A stretch of DNA of 64,000 nt from a bacterium (GTDB lineage Bacteria; Patescibacteriota; Saccharimonadia; Saccharimonadales; UBA4665). This document shows, one piece after another, positions 49,205 through 58,438 of this stretch. The first letter of the stretch is position 1. Every line of letters starts with the position of its first letter. The stretch is taken from NCBI GenBank assembly GCA_021790005.1, contig JAJYIP010000001.1, forward strand, positions 50,623 through 114,622, read 5' to 3'. The translations under genes and the position numbers were made by a program. Below the pieces are notes generated by a model. The model saw only the letters and a program-made list of their open reading frames with translations, did not search any database and had not been told where the DNA came from.

Positions 49205-50300
49205 CAGCTAGATTCCAGCTGGAAATGCACCACTAGCTTTTAGGACTTGATCTGGTGTTTTGTAGCCTAGTCGTTTCCTTGGCCTAGTATTGAGCTGCTT
49301 GACGGCAAGGTCAAGCATTTTCTGGGTAATACTTTCAAACCTCATCTGTTTCGGAAAGTAAAAGCGTAATAGCCCATTGGTATTCTCGTTAGTACCGCGT
49401 TCCCATGAATGGTAGGGTTGAGCAAAGTAGATATCTAGCCCAGTAGACTTCTCGATTCCTTCGTAATTACTCATTTCGCTGCCATTATCTAGAGTTAAGG
49501 TTTTACGGTACCCCTCCGGTATTGCAGTAAAGCTACGCTTAGCAGCTAACTCAAACTTCTTGGCAGTCCCACGGTTTAGTTTTACCGCCATAAGATAACC
49601 ACTCTTACGCTCCACGAAGGTGGCTATACAACCACTGTGTCCTTTACCAACAACCATATCTCCTTCCCAGTGACCATAACGACTACGTTTTTGTATATGA
49701 GCTGGTCTAGCCGTAATCTTACGATATGCCTTTTGTTTATCTCTAAAAGCTTTTCGAAGAGTATTCTCTCTAGTTCTACGGTATTTGCCTTTACGGCAGT
49801 GCAAGTGATTGAGGAGATGACGAGCGGAGCAATATATCCAGTCATAGATTGTCTGAGCGCAAACCCGAACCTCCTGTTTCGTTTCTAGCATCCAGCCAGC
49901 TATTTGCTGGGGTGAGTCGTTACGAATTAGTCTTCTAGTTACGATAGCCGCTAAAGCCTCATCTACCGATAATTTACGCTTGTGTTGGTTGGCAAGTAAT
50001 CTGGTATGCTTCAACTGGAGACGGGCTTGCGTAGCATTATACCCAGATGGATTATGCCAGGTGTGCCTTCTTAACTCTCGGCTAACGGTACTGTGATGGC
50101 AGCCAACCTGCTTGCCAATCTCTCTATATCTCATACCAGACCGATACAGTACAGCTATCTCTATACGGTTAGTTTGTGTAAGCTGATGGTAGGACATCGC
50201 TATTCTCCTTTGTAGTTAATTGTTAGTGGTAACAACTAGTCTACATTGAGAACCAACGGTGTCCTTATTGGTTATGGTGCGATTCCAGTTAGATTCCAAG
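49205..50300 (-). mobile_element. IS30-family insertion sequence (about 1.1 kb, apparently intact)
   Basis: Contains the transposase ORF. Imperfect terminal inverted repeats at 49209-49231 (ctagattccagctggaaatgcacc region) and 50276-50298 (ggtgcgattccagttagattcca) match at about 17 of 23 positions by eye. The exact termini and target-site duplication are not resolved. Confidence 0.8.
49208..50197 (-). CDS. IS30 family transposase
   Basis: 329 aa. N-terminal HTH (RYREIGKQVGCHHSTVSRELRR) and DDE triad contexts HWEGDMV, LTLDNGSEM and HSWERGTNENTNGLLR. Confidence 0.92.
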   Translation of the reverse strand: MSYHQLTQTNRIEIAVLYRSGMRYREIGKQVGCHHSTVSRELRRHTWHNPSGYNATQARLQLKHTRLLANQHKRKLSVDEALAAIVTRRLIRNDSPQQIAGWMLETKQEVRVCAQTIYDWIYCSARHLLNHLHCRKGKYRRTRENTLRKAFRDKQKAYRKITARPAHIQKRSRYGHWEGDMVVGKGHSGCIATFVERKSGYLMAVKLNRGTAKKFELAAKRSFTAIPEGYRKTLTLDNGSEMSNYEGIEKSTGLDIYFAQPYHSWERGTNENTNGLLRFYFPKQMRFESITQKMLDLAVKQLNTRPRKRLGYKTPDQVLKASGAFPAGI

Positions 50301-50345
50301 TCATAATACTTGACTAATAGCATTAGTTATAGTATTGTATGTTTT

Positions 50346-50975
50346 ATGATTAAACCTGAAATTACAAGTAATCGACATAGCTTTAGAGGTGTACTAATCG
50401 GAACAACACTTCTTGCTGGCGGAATTGCATCCCTCGCCGGCTACGACTTATCCTCAAATAAGACAAACAATAATGAAATTACCCAAGTAGTAAAACATAC
50501 TTATCCCAAAGTAGATCGAAATCCTTATATCACATTAGATAATACTCCCTTTATAAATTCATATCCTAATCCTGTTGGGACCAACTCGACAGCTATTAGC
50601 GTTGCCGAAAATAACCTCAGTAAGGAGATCGGATCTAACACGCCTGTCGATTTTGAGAACAATATTTGGGTTAATGTTAACGGCGAAACTATTTTTGATC
50701 CTGTAGTTTATGGTCCATATATTGGAGCCATTTTAGATAAGGGAGGTCCAAGCGGACCGGATGTAGTGCTATATCCTATAAGTGAAGCTCACTTGTATTC
50801 CAATAGTAAAACTTTGTCATCTAACGATAATGAAAATCTAAGCCAAGTCGTTTTCGCGCCCGGTAACGGCCAGCCCTGGAATATAAACGATCCGTTTAAC
50901 CCTAATACTGGATCGAGTATAGTCGATCAATACGGCCGCACTCCAGTAATAGGCTCTGAAGTTAGTAAATCTTGA
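50346..50975 (+). CDS. Orphan small membrane-anchored or secreted protein (N/S/P-rich)
   Basis: The ORF track gives 50310..50975 with a TTG start. I prefer ATG 50346 (MIKPEITSNRHSFRGVLIGTTLLAGGIASLAG gives an N-terminal signal or anchor). The TTGACT at 50310 looks like a -35 hexamer (17 nt to TATTGT). Confidence 0.55.
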   Translation: MIKPEITSNRHSFRGVLIGTTLLAGGIASLAGYDLSSNKTNNNEITQVVKHTYPKVDRNPYITLDNTPFINSYPNPVGTNSTAISVAENNLSKEIGSNTPVDFENNIWVNVNGETIFDPVVYGPYIGAILDKGGPSGPDVVLYPISEAHLYSNSKTLSSNDNENLSQVVFAPGNGQPWNINDPFNPNTGSSIVDQYGRTPVIGSEVSKS

Positions 50976-50999
50976 ATTCTTTTGTAGATAAGATATAAT
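50972..50999 (+). promoter_or_regulatory. Candidate S10-operon promoter (TTGAAT-16-TATAAT)
   Basis: Hexamers read from the sequence, about 95 nt upstream of rpsJ. Confidence 0.45.
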
Positions 51000-51019
51000 A
51001 CTGCTTTGTAATAATATCT

Positions 51020-51067
51020 CAGCGAGAACTCGTCCGGTCACTCATCACTCCGGAAGAGGTTACGCTG
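51020..51067 (+). promoter_or_regulatory. Extended stem-loop in the rpsJ 5' leader
   Basis: CAGCG (51020-24) pairs with CGCTG (51063-67). That helix encloses CTC-g-TCCGG (51029-37) paired with CCGGA-a-GAG (51050-58), with a 12-nt loop. Confidence 0.4.
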
Positions 51068-51093
51068 ACGAAGTAAAGTTATAGGAGATAATA

Positions 51094-51420
51094 ATGGCTC
51101 AAGCTAACGGCGACAGCAAACAGCGGATACGCATCCGCTTAAAAGCCTATGATCACAAGGTCATAGATCAGGCCGCTAAACAAATTGTAGATACTGCGCT
51201 CAGAACCGGTGCGACTTTAGCCGGACCAATACCTTTGCCAACTCGCAAATCCGTGTTTACCGTCATTAAAAGCCCGCACGTCTACAAGAAAAGTCGTGAG
51301 CAGTTTGAAATGCGTGTACATAAGCGACTGATTGATGTTTTTGAACCGACTCCTAAAACTATCGATAGCCTGATGAATTTATCCCTTCCAGCCGGTTGCG
51401 ACGTTGAAATTAAAATGTAA
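51094..51420 (+). CDS. rpsJ: 30S ribosomal protein S10
   Basis: 108 aa. [16 protein letters not shown]... is typical of S10. Confidence 0.97.
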   Translation: MAQANGDSKQRIRIRLKAYDHKVIDQAAKQIVDTALRTGATLAGPIPLPTRKSVFTVIKSPHVYKKSREQFEMRVHKRLIDVFEPTPKTIDSLMNLSLPAGCDVEIKM

Positions 51421-51445
51421 TTGTTAAAGTATTATTTGCAACATA

Positions 51446-51474
51446 TTGACAGGTAATAATTTAGTTGTTAATCT
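51446..51474 (+). promoter_or_regulatory. Candidate internal promoter between rpsJ and rplC (TTGACA-17-TAATCT)
   Basis: Consensus -35 hexamer with 17-nt spacing, read from the sequence inside an unusual 207-bp rpsJ-rplC spacer. Confidence 0.4.
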
Positions 51475-51627
51475 ATGATGGTATCTAAAGACGTTAACTT
51501 GGTGACCAGCGCAGGTCTTAACTGCTAAAACAGATTAGGAAACCACCCGGTACCAAGCATTTTAATGTTTAGTCCACTTAATATCAGGTGGTAGGTCAAA
51601 ATAGTAATAATGTAAACAAAGGTTGCC

Positions 51628-52239
51628 ATGAAGGCTCTAATTACGCGAAAACTTGGAATGACATCGGTTATTAGCGAGGACGGTAGCGTTCAAGCGATAA
51701 CCTTGCTGAGCGTGGATAAAAATATTGTAATTGGCAAGCGTACTGAAGCAATTGACGGATATTCGGCAGATATTATTGGCGCCGGCGATACTAAAAAAAT
51801 CAATAAGCCACTAAGTGGTAAACTTAAGGCCAGCAAAGCAACCCCGAAAATTATTAAAGAACTTCGTGACAAGAGTAATGACTCAACACTTAACGTCGGC
51901 GACACAATCAAGGCCGACGTTTTTAATGTTGGCGACAGTGTGTCGGTTACCGGCACATCCAAAGGTAAAGGTTGGGCTGGTACTATCAAGCGTCACAATT
52001 TTCACCGTGGTCGTAAAACACATGGTGGACGGAGCTATCGTCGGGTCGGTTCGATCGGATCAATGTATCCACAGCATATTCTAAAAGGTAAACGGATGGC
52101 TGGACGGATGGGTCACGAACAAGTTACTACCCACGGCCTTAAAGTCGCCTTGATTAACCCAGAGACGAACGTTATCGGCGTAGCCGGATCAGTGCCAGGG
52201 CCACGCAAATCCATGGTTATAGTTAAGGAGGCCAAATAA
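51628..52239 (+). CDS. rplC: 50S ribosomal protein L3
   Basis: 203 aa. ITRKLGMTSV..., GTSKGKGWAG. Confidence 0.96.
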   Translation: MKALITRKLGMTSVISEDGSVQAITLLSVDKNIVIGKRTEAIDGYSADIIGAGDTKKINKPLSGKLKASKATPKIIKELRDKSNDSTLNVGDTIKADVFNVGDSVSVTGTSKGKGWAGTIKRHNFHRGRKTHGGRSYRRVGSIGSMYPQHILKGKRMAGRMGHEQVTTHGLKVALINPETNVIGVAGSVPGPRKSMVIVKEAK

Positions 52240-52892
52240 TGGCTGTGCCTACATATACAACAGCTGGCGCAAAAGCTACTACTGCAGCTAAACTAAACCA
52301 ATCCATTTTTGGAATTTCGGATATAAATTACGAGCTGCTCAGGCAGGCGTATGAAGCTTATTTGGCTAATGGCAGACTGAACCTCGCAGTCACAAAGACG
52401 AGAGGACTGGTAAGTGGTGGCGGCAAGAAACCATGGCGCCAAAAAGGTACCGGCCGAGCCCGAGTCGGCTCCAGCCGTACGCCACTATGGCGTGGTGGTG
52501 GTATTGTTTTTGGTCCAACTGGATTTGAGAATTATTCCAAGAAGATAAACCTTAAAGCTAAGCGTAACGCCATTAGACAGGCTTTAAGCATAGCTGCCAC
52601 TGAAAACCGCATCAAGGTTATTGATAAATTAGAGCTTAAAGAAGGCAAAACTCAAGAACTAGTCAAACTATTGACTAAAATCGATGCCAAGGGCAATACC
52701 CTGGTAGTTGTCGATACAATCGGTGACAAACTTAAACGCGCCGCATCCAATATAAGTGACGTTAAGGTTATCCAGCCTAAATACTTAAATGTTGCCCGGA
52801 TACTAGACGCCGATTGTTTGATTATAGGCTCTCAAGCTATCGCAACGATTGAAGATTGGCTGGACGTACCAGCAAAAAAGGAGGCTAAATAA
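52239..52892 (+). CDS. rplD: 50S ribosomal protein L4
   Basis: 217 aa. KPWRQKGTGRARVGS motif. Confidence 0.96.
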   Translation: MAVPTYTTAGAKATTAAKLNQSIFGISDINYELLRQAYEAYLANGRLNLAVTKTRGLVSGGGKKPWRQKGTGRARVGSSRTPLWRGGGIVFGPTGFENYSKKINLKAKRNAIRQALSIAATENRIKVIDKLELKEGKTQELVKLLTKIDAKGNTLVVVDTIGDKLKRAASNISDVKVIQPKYLNVARILDADCLIIGSQAIATIEDWLDVPAKKEAK

Positions 52893-53320
52893 TGGAACTC
52901 AAGCATATGATTCTAAAGCCTCGCTTAAGTGAAAAATCGTATAAACTAAGCAATTCGCGAGTTTACGTTATTGATGTACCAACTAACGCTAACAAATTAA
53001 GCGTCAAACAGGCAATTGAATTGCAGTATGGCGTTAAGGTGATCAAAATCAACACCGCCAATATTGCCGGCAAAGCCAAACGAACGATCGTTAAAAATGG
53101 ACGTCGTGTCTACAAAGGTCACAACAACGACTTTTCTAAAGTGTATGTAACGTTAGCGGAAAATAACAGTTTACCTTTCTTTGAAGCCATTGAAGAAGAA
53201 GAGCAGCAAGCAGCTAAATTACAAGAAGAGGTTGAAAAACAGCAGGCTAAAGAAACCAAGGATGACAAGCCGAAGCGCCGGATTGGACGACGTGCTAAGA
53301 CCGACAAGGAGACTGCATAA
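52892..53320 (+). CDS. rplW: 50S ribosomal protein L23 (with a charged C-terminal tail of about 45 aa)
   Basis: 142 aa. L23 core (KPRLSEKSY..., V.V..N) followed by an E/Q/K-rich tail. Confidence 0.93.
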   Translation: MELKHMILKPRLSEKSYKLSNSRVYVIDVPTNANKLSVKQAIELQYGVKVIKINTANIAGKAKRTIVKNGRRVYKGHNNDFSKVYVTLAENNSLPFFEAIEEEEQQAAKLQEEVEKQQAKETKDDKPKRRIGRRAKTDKETA

Positions 53321-54156
53321 TGGCACTTACTACTTACAATCCAACTACTAACGGTCAACGCGGTATGATGAGCCAGGATAATTCCATGCTAACGACTAAA
53401 AGGTCGGTACCCGGACTTACCAAAGCGGTCAAGCGTAACAAAGGCCGTAACAACACCGGCCGGATTACTACCAGGCATAAAGGTGGCGGTAGTCGTAAAC
53501 TATACCGCAACATTAGTTTTTCCTTACCTGAAAATTTCAGCGGTATTATCGAGCACGTTGAATATGATCCTTTTCGTAGTGCTCGCATAGCCCGGGTCAA
53601 GGGAAGTGATGGCAAATATTGCTACGTCATTGCCGCACAGGGCATGAGCCAGGGTCAAACCATTCGTAACGGTGTAGAAATAGCAGTCGAAAACGGAAAC
53701 CGTATGCCACTAAAAAGTATTCCGGTAGGCAGTACGATCCACGCCATAGAGATAACCCCCGGCCGTGGAGCGCAATTAGTGCGTAGTGCCGGAGCTTCAG
53801 CCCAGCTGGTAGCAAAGGATGAAGTCAACGCTCAAATCAAATTACCTAGCGGCGAAGTTCGCTTTGTACGTTTAGACTGTAGTGCCAGCTTAGGTGCCAT
53901 CGGCAACGAACAACATCAAAATGTTTCAATCGGTAAGGCCGGACGCAATCGTCACCGTGGCATTCGACCGTCTGTCCGAGGTGTTGTTATGAATGCAGTC
54001 GATCACCCGCACGGTGGTGGAGACGGTGGTAGACACAGAATGGCCAAAGCTCCGAGAACTCCTTGGGGTCAGAAGACGCTTGGTTTGAAAACCAGACATA
54101 ATAAATCGACGGATAAGTATATTGTACGTAGTCGTCATGTCAGCAAGAGGAAATAA
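53320..54156 (+). CDS. rplB: 50S ribosomal protein L2
   Basis: 278 aa. MNAVDHPHGGG motif. Confidence 0.97.
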   Translation: MALTTYNPTTNGQRGMMSQDNSMLTTKRSVPGLTKAVKRNKGRNNTGRITTRHKGGGSRKLYRNISFSLPENFSGIIEHVEYDPFRSARIARVKGSDGKYCYVIAAQGMSQGQTIRNGVEIAVENGNRMPLKSIPVGSTIHAIEITPGRGAQLVRSAGASAQLVAKDEVNAQIKLPSGEVRFVRLDCSASLGAIGNEQHQNVSIGKAGRNRHRGIRPSVRGVVMNAVDHPHGGGDGGRHRMAKAPRTPWGQKTLGLKTRHNKSTDKYIVRSRHVSKRK

Positions 54157-54220
54157 TATGAGCATAGCAAATCAAGTAGCAGTAACATTAAATTACCACG
54201 TGACAACGGAGGCTAAGTAA

Positions 54221-54499
54221 ATGAGTCGCTCTCTTAAGAAAGGACCGTTTATAGATTTTAAGCTGTCCAAGAAACTAAATGCTCTAAGTGCGGATGATAG
54301 AACTATTGTTAAAACCTGGGCTAGGGCTAGTACAATTGCACCTGAATTTGTAGGACGCACGATTGCCGTCCATAACGGCCGTGTTCATGTACCGGTTTTT
54401 ATTACAGAAAACATGGTTGGACATAAGTTGGGTGAATTTAGTCCAACTAGGAAATTTAAGAATCACGGCGGTAAGTTAGCTAAGGCGGCAAGGAATTAA
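54221..54499 (+). CDS. rpsS: 30S ribosomal protein S19
   Basis: 92 aa. SRSLKKGPF..., HNGR. Confidence 0.97.
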   Translation: MSRSLKKGPFIDFKLSKKLNALSADDRTIVKTWARASTIAPEFVGRTIAVHNGRVHVPVFITENMVGHKLGEFSPTRKFKNHGGKLAKAARN

Positions 54500-54503
54500 G
54501 ATT

Positions 54504-54902
54504 ATGTCAGTACAAGCAATCGCTAAAGGCGTAAAAATTAGTCCGCGTAAAATTAGTGTCGTAGCAGCACTTGTACGTGGTCGTAGCGTCGATGATGCAA
54601 TTACTATTCTCGAACACACGCCTAGACGCAGTGCTTTGGCTGTTAAAAAAGCTATTATGAGTGCCCGGGCTAATGCAGACTATAACCACAATTACAAACC
54701 ATCCTCATTAAGAATAGTTGAGATCAGTATTACGCCTGGCCCGCGTCTAAAGCGATTCCGCCCGGCCGCTCGTGGCAGTGCTTTACCGTTTGAGAAAAAG
54801 AGCTCACATATTCGGGTGGTGGTTGACGGCGAACAAAGACCGGCTAAGACCACATCTAAAGCAGTTACCAAAAAAACTAATGAAGTGAAGGAGACCGCAT
54901 AA
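54504..54902 (+). CDS. rplV: 50S ribosomal protein L22
   Basis: 132 aa. ISPRK...VRG..V..A..IL pattern. Confidence 0.95.
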   Translation: MSVQAIAKGVKISPRKISVVAALVRGRSVDDAITILEHTPRRSALAVKKAIMSARANADYNHNYKPSSLRIVEISITPGPRLKRFRPAARGSALPFEKKSSHIRVVVDGEQRPAKTTSKAVTKKTNEVKETA

Positions 54903-55531
54903 TGGGTCAAAAAGTAAATCCTATCAGTATGCGCCTTCAGGTGAATAAAGCGTGGTCCAGTCGATGGTTTGCAGGCAAGCGCTCATACGCCGCTTATCTT
55001 GAGGATGACATAAAAGTCAGGCGTTTAATTCAAAACAAATTAGGCGGTCGGGCGGCAATCAACCGAGTCGAAATCAGTCGGACGCCAAATCTGGTGACGG
55101 TTACTATTAATACCGCTAAAGCTGGCGTAGTGATTGGTCGGGGTGGTACTGGTGCTCAGGAATTAAAAGACGATATTGAAAAAATTTATAAAACACCTAC
55201 CCGCGTTAATATTGAAGAAATAAAGAAACCTGAACTTTACGCTAAACTGGTAGCCGAGAACATCGCTCACCAACTTGAAAGACGCATGAGCTTCAGACGG
55301 GCCATAAAATCAGCCAGCGCTGCAACTATGCGAGCCGGCGCCAAAGGAATAAGAATACAAGTGTCCGGACGTCTCAATGGCGCGGAAATGAGCCGTCGCG
55401 AAAAAGAAGTGGCCGGATCCGTACCTCTGCATACCATACGGGCAGATATTGATTACGCTTACGTCGCAGCTCATACCGCCGCTGGCATTATTGGTGTTAA
55501 AGTCTGGGTTTACAAAGGCGAGGTAGTCTAA
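54902..55531 (+). CDS. rpsC: 30S ribosomal protein S3
   Basis: 209 aa. MGQKVNP..., KH domain, GRLNGAE. Confidence 0.97.
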   Translation: MGQKVNPISMRLQVNKAWSSRWFAGKRSYAAYLEDDIKVRRLIQNKLGGRAAINRVEISRTPNLVTVTINTAKAGVVIGRGGTGAQELKDDIEKIYKTPTRVNIEEIKKPELYAKLVAENIAHQLERRMSFRRAIKSASAATMRAGAKGIRIQVSGRLNGAEMSRREKEVAGSVPLHTIRADIDYAYVAAHTAAGIIGVKVWVYKGEVV

Positions 55532-55532
55532 A

Positions 55533-55946
55533 ATGCTGATCCCCTCTAGAACTAAGTTCCGTAAGGTACGCAAAGGACGCATTAAAGGCGTTGCGACGGG
55601 CGGTAATTATATAGCTTATGGCGATTTTGCCTTACAGGCACAGGGCCATGAAAGAATTACTTCAAGACAAATTGAAGCATCCCGGCAGGCAATGACTAGA
55701 TACATTAAACGTGGTGGTAAAATCTGGATCAGAATTTTTCCGCATACCCCAGTTACCAGAAAACCTCAAGACGTAAAGATGGGCAGTGGTAAGGGCAATC
55801 CAGAATTTTTTGTCGCTAAGGTTAAGCCAGGCACTGTGTTATTTGAAATGCAAGGTGTCAGTGAAGAAACGGCCCGAGAAGCCATGCGTTTAGCAGCCCA
55901 TAAACTACCTGTTAAGACAAAATTCCTAGTTAGGGAGGAAGCATAG
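55533..55946 (+). CDS. rplP: 50S ribosomal protein L16
   Basis: 137 aa. [11 protein letters not shown]... Confidence 0.97.
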   Translation: MLIPSRTKFRKVRKGRIKGVATGGNYIAYGDFALQAQGHERITSRQIEASRQAMTRYIKRGGKIWIRIFPHTPVTRKPQDVKMGSGKGNPEFFVAKVKPGTVLFEMQGVSEETAREAMRLAAHKLPVKTKFLVREEA

Positions 55947-55947
55947 T

Positions 55948-56148
55948 ATGAAGCTGTCTGATGTCCGGAAGCTATCTACCATCGATTTGACCAAAGAAAG
56001 CGTCAAGTTACGCGACGAGATAGTAGAGTTGAAAAGAAGTACGATCATGGGTGAAAACCATAATGTTCGTCAAGTAAGAAATAAGCGCAAAGATCTGGCT
56101 AGGGTACTAACTGTCCTGAGCGAGCAACTAGCAAAGGAGAAACTGTAA
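55948..56148 (+). CDS. rpmC: 50S ribosomal protein L29
   Basis: 66 aa, in the conserved position between rplP and rpsQ. Confidence 0.92.
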   Translation: MKLSDVRKLSTIDLTKESVKLRDEIVELKRSTIMGENHNVRQVRNKRKDLARVLTVLSEQLAKEKL

Positions 56149-56462
56149 TGCCCAAGACTATTACTGGTACCGTAAGTTCTAATGCCAGCGACAAGACAAT
56201 CACAGTCAAGGTTGAAAGGCGTAAAACCCATCCAATTTATCGCAAACAGTATAAGGAAACTTCTAAATTTATGGCTCATGATGAAAAAAATGAAGCCAAA
56301 GTTGGCGACAAGGTTGAAATTGTAGAATGTCGTCCTCTAAGCGCTCGTAAGCGTTTTAAACTAAGTAAAATTTTGGAAAAACCGGCTCTGCGTGAAGAAG
56401 ATTTATCTCACCTTAAAGCAGAGGAACCAGCTGCTAAAATTACCGAGGAGAAGTCCGAATGA
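56148..56462 (+). CDS. rpsQ: 30S ribosomal protein S17
   Basis: 104 aa. [27 protein letters not shown]. Confidence 0.95.
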   Translation: MPKTITGTVSSNASDKTITVKVERRKTHPIYRKQYKETSKFMAHDEKNEAKVGDKVEIVECRPLSARKRFKLSKILEKPALREEDLSHLKAEEPAAKITEEKSE

Positions 56463-56827
56463 TTCAGCAAGAAACCAGATTAGGTATAGCTGACAACAGC
56501 GGTGCTAAAGAAATTCTTTGCATCCGTGTGCTTGGTGGTACCAGACGACGTTATGCGCGAGTTGGCGATATTATAGTTGCAACCGTAAAAGATGCCAATC
56601 CAAACGGCACGGTCAAGAAAAAAAGTGTCGTTAAGGCCGTAATTGTGCGTACCAAGTCACAAATTCGTCGTAAAGACGGCTCAACTATAAAATTTGATGA
56701 TAACGCCGCAGTTTTAATTGCCGATGATAAAACTCCAAGGGCTACCCGTATATTCGGTCCAGTTCCAAGAGAATTGCGCGACATGGGTTACGCCAGAATT
56801 ATAAGCTTGGCGCCGGAGGTACTCTAA
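56459..56827 (+). CDS. rplN: 50S ribosomal protein L14
   Basis: 122 aa. [18 protein letters not shown]. Confidence 0.97.
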   Translation: MIQQETRLGIADNSGAKEILCIRVLGGTRRRYARVGDIIVATVKDANPNGTVKKKSVVKAVIVRTKSQIRRKDGSTIKFDDNAAVLIADDKTPRATRIFGPVPRELRDMGYARIISLAPEVL

Positions 56828-56829
56828 CT

Positions 56830-57159
56830 ATGAATAAGATGTTTAAGATTAAACTAGCTAAAGGTGATACTGTTATCGTTAGAAGCGGTAAGTATAAAGG
56901 TAAAACCGGTAAGATAGTCACCACCTCGCCAATCAACAATACTGTTACGGTAGAAGGTATAAATATAGTTAAGAAACACCAAAAACCCAATAATCAACAT
57001 CCTCAGGGTGGCATTATTGAAATTACTAAACCTATTAATATATCCAAAGTCGGTATTTATGATCCTTCAACCAAACGAGCCAGCCGTATCAAAATCAAAT
57101 CTAATGCCGATGGCGGCAAAGTGAGATTGTTTGCTAAAAGCGGCAAGGAGATTAAGTGA
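56830..57159 (+). CDS. rplX: 50S ribosomal protein L24
   Basis: 109 aa. KGDTVIVRSGKYKGKTGKI (KOW motif). Confidence 0.95.
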   Translation: MNKMFKIKLAKGDTVIVRSGKYKGKTGKIVTTSPINNTVTVEGINIVKKHQKPNNQHPQGGIIEITKPINISKVGIYDPSTKRASRIKIKSNADGGKVRLFAKSGKEIK

Positions 57160-57740
57160 TGGCTACTAAACCTAAGACACCCGTGATCACCAAGGCCCGC
57201 TTAAGCGAATTGTATAGAGCTAAGCTAGTTGACGAATTAGAGAAAGAGCTTCAACTTAAGAACGTTAACATGGTACCTAAATTAGAAAAAATTGTAGTTA
57301 ATATTGGCCTGGGTAAAGCTAAGGACGATAAACGGCTTATGGAAGTAGCCGCTAATACCCTGCGTAAGATAACAGGCCAACAGCCTATCGAAACTACTGC
57401 CCGCATGTCAATTGCCAGCTTTAAGCTTCGTGAAGGTAATAAGATTGGCTTAAAGGTGACTCTACGTAACGAGCGGATGTATGAATTCATGGACCGTGTC
57501 ATCAACATCATATTGCCACGTCTTCGAGATTTTCATGGTGTCAGCAATAAAGCTTTTGATCAGCAGGGTAACTATTCTCTAGGTTTTACTGACCAAAGCG
57601 TATTTCCCGAGTTAAGTTTTGAAGAAACCACCACAGCCCACGGGCTTCAGATAAATTTCATAATTAAAGCGGTTAAGCCGGAACATGCTAAAGCATTACT
57701 CACAAAATTCGGCATGCCGTTTGCCAAGGAGAATAAGTAA
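57156..57740 (+). CDS. rplE: 50S ribosomal protein L5
   Basis: 194 aa. [14 protein letters not shown]... Confidence 0.96.
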   Translation: MMATKPKTPVITKARLSELYRAKLVDELEKELQLKNVNMVPKLEKIVVNIGLGKAKDDKRLMEVAANTLRKITGQQPIETTARMSIASFKLREGNKIGLKVTLRNERMYEFMDRVINIILPRLRDFHGVSNKAFDQQGNYSLGFTDQSVFPELSFEETTTAHGLQINFIIKAVKPEHAKALLTKFGMPFAKENK

Positions 57741-58009
57741 TGGCTAAAAAATCAATAGTTGTTCGCGACGACAAACGTCGCCAAATGATTGAGCGTTACG
57801 CAGCAAAACGCGCCGAGCTAAAACAACTTGGCGACTATGAAGGACTGGCTAAATTACCACGTAACAGTTCCAGGACCAGGCTAAAGAACCGCTGTTTTGA
57901 AACCCATCGACCGAGAGGCTATATGCGTCAGTTCGGTCTAAGCCGTATAAGTTTTCGTGAGCATGCCAGCCGGGGCGAAATACCGGGCGTAACTAAGTCG
58001 AGCTGGTAG
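57740..58009 (+). CDS. rpsN: 30S ribosomal protein S14 (long, Cys-free form)
   Basis: 89 aa. It ends ...[11 protein letters not shown] and has no CxxC pairs. Confidence 0.95.
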   Translation: MAKKSIVVRDDKRRQMIERYAAKRAELKQLGDYEGLAKLPRNSSRTRLKNRCFETHRPRGYMRQFGLSRISFREHASRGEIPGVTKSSW

Positions 58010-58025
58010 AAAGGATATCCAATAT

Positions 58026-58427
58026 ATGAGTATAGTTTCCACTGATCCGATCGCCGATATGCTGACACGTATCCGCAATGCCATTGCCGTAAATAAATAC
58101 GAAGTGTATTTACCACACTCCAATGCTAAAGAAGCGGTAGCTAAGATACTGGTCGAAGCCGAATTTATTAACGGCGTAGACATAGATAAATCGGATGACA
58201 AAAAAACCCTACGCCTGACATTGGCTCAAGAAGGTCAAAATGCCCGCATAACTGAAATTGTCAGACTTAGCCGACCTGGTCGTCGTACCTATGTCAAGTC
58301 GAAAGAAATTCCGGTAGTTAAACGTGGGCGAGGAATCGTCATAATTAGCACATCTAAAGGAATCATGAGTGGTAATGAAGCTAAAAAGAGCCAAATTGGC
58401 GGCGAATTAATTTGTAAAGTTTATTAA
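58026..58427 (+). CDS. rpsH: 30S ribosomal protein S8
   Basis: 133 aa. DPIADMLTRIRNA. Confidence 0.97.
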   Translation: MSIVSTDPIADMLTRIRNAIAVNKYEVYLPHSNAKEAVAKILVEAEFINGVDIDKSDDKKTLRLTLAQEGQNARITEIVRLSRPGRRTYVKSKEIPVVKRGRGIVIISTSKGIMSGNEAKKSQIGGELICKVY

Positions 58428-58438
58428 GGATAAGAGCC

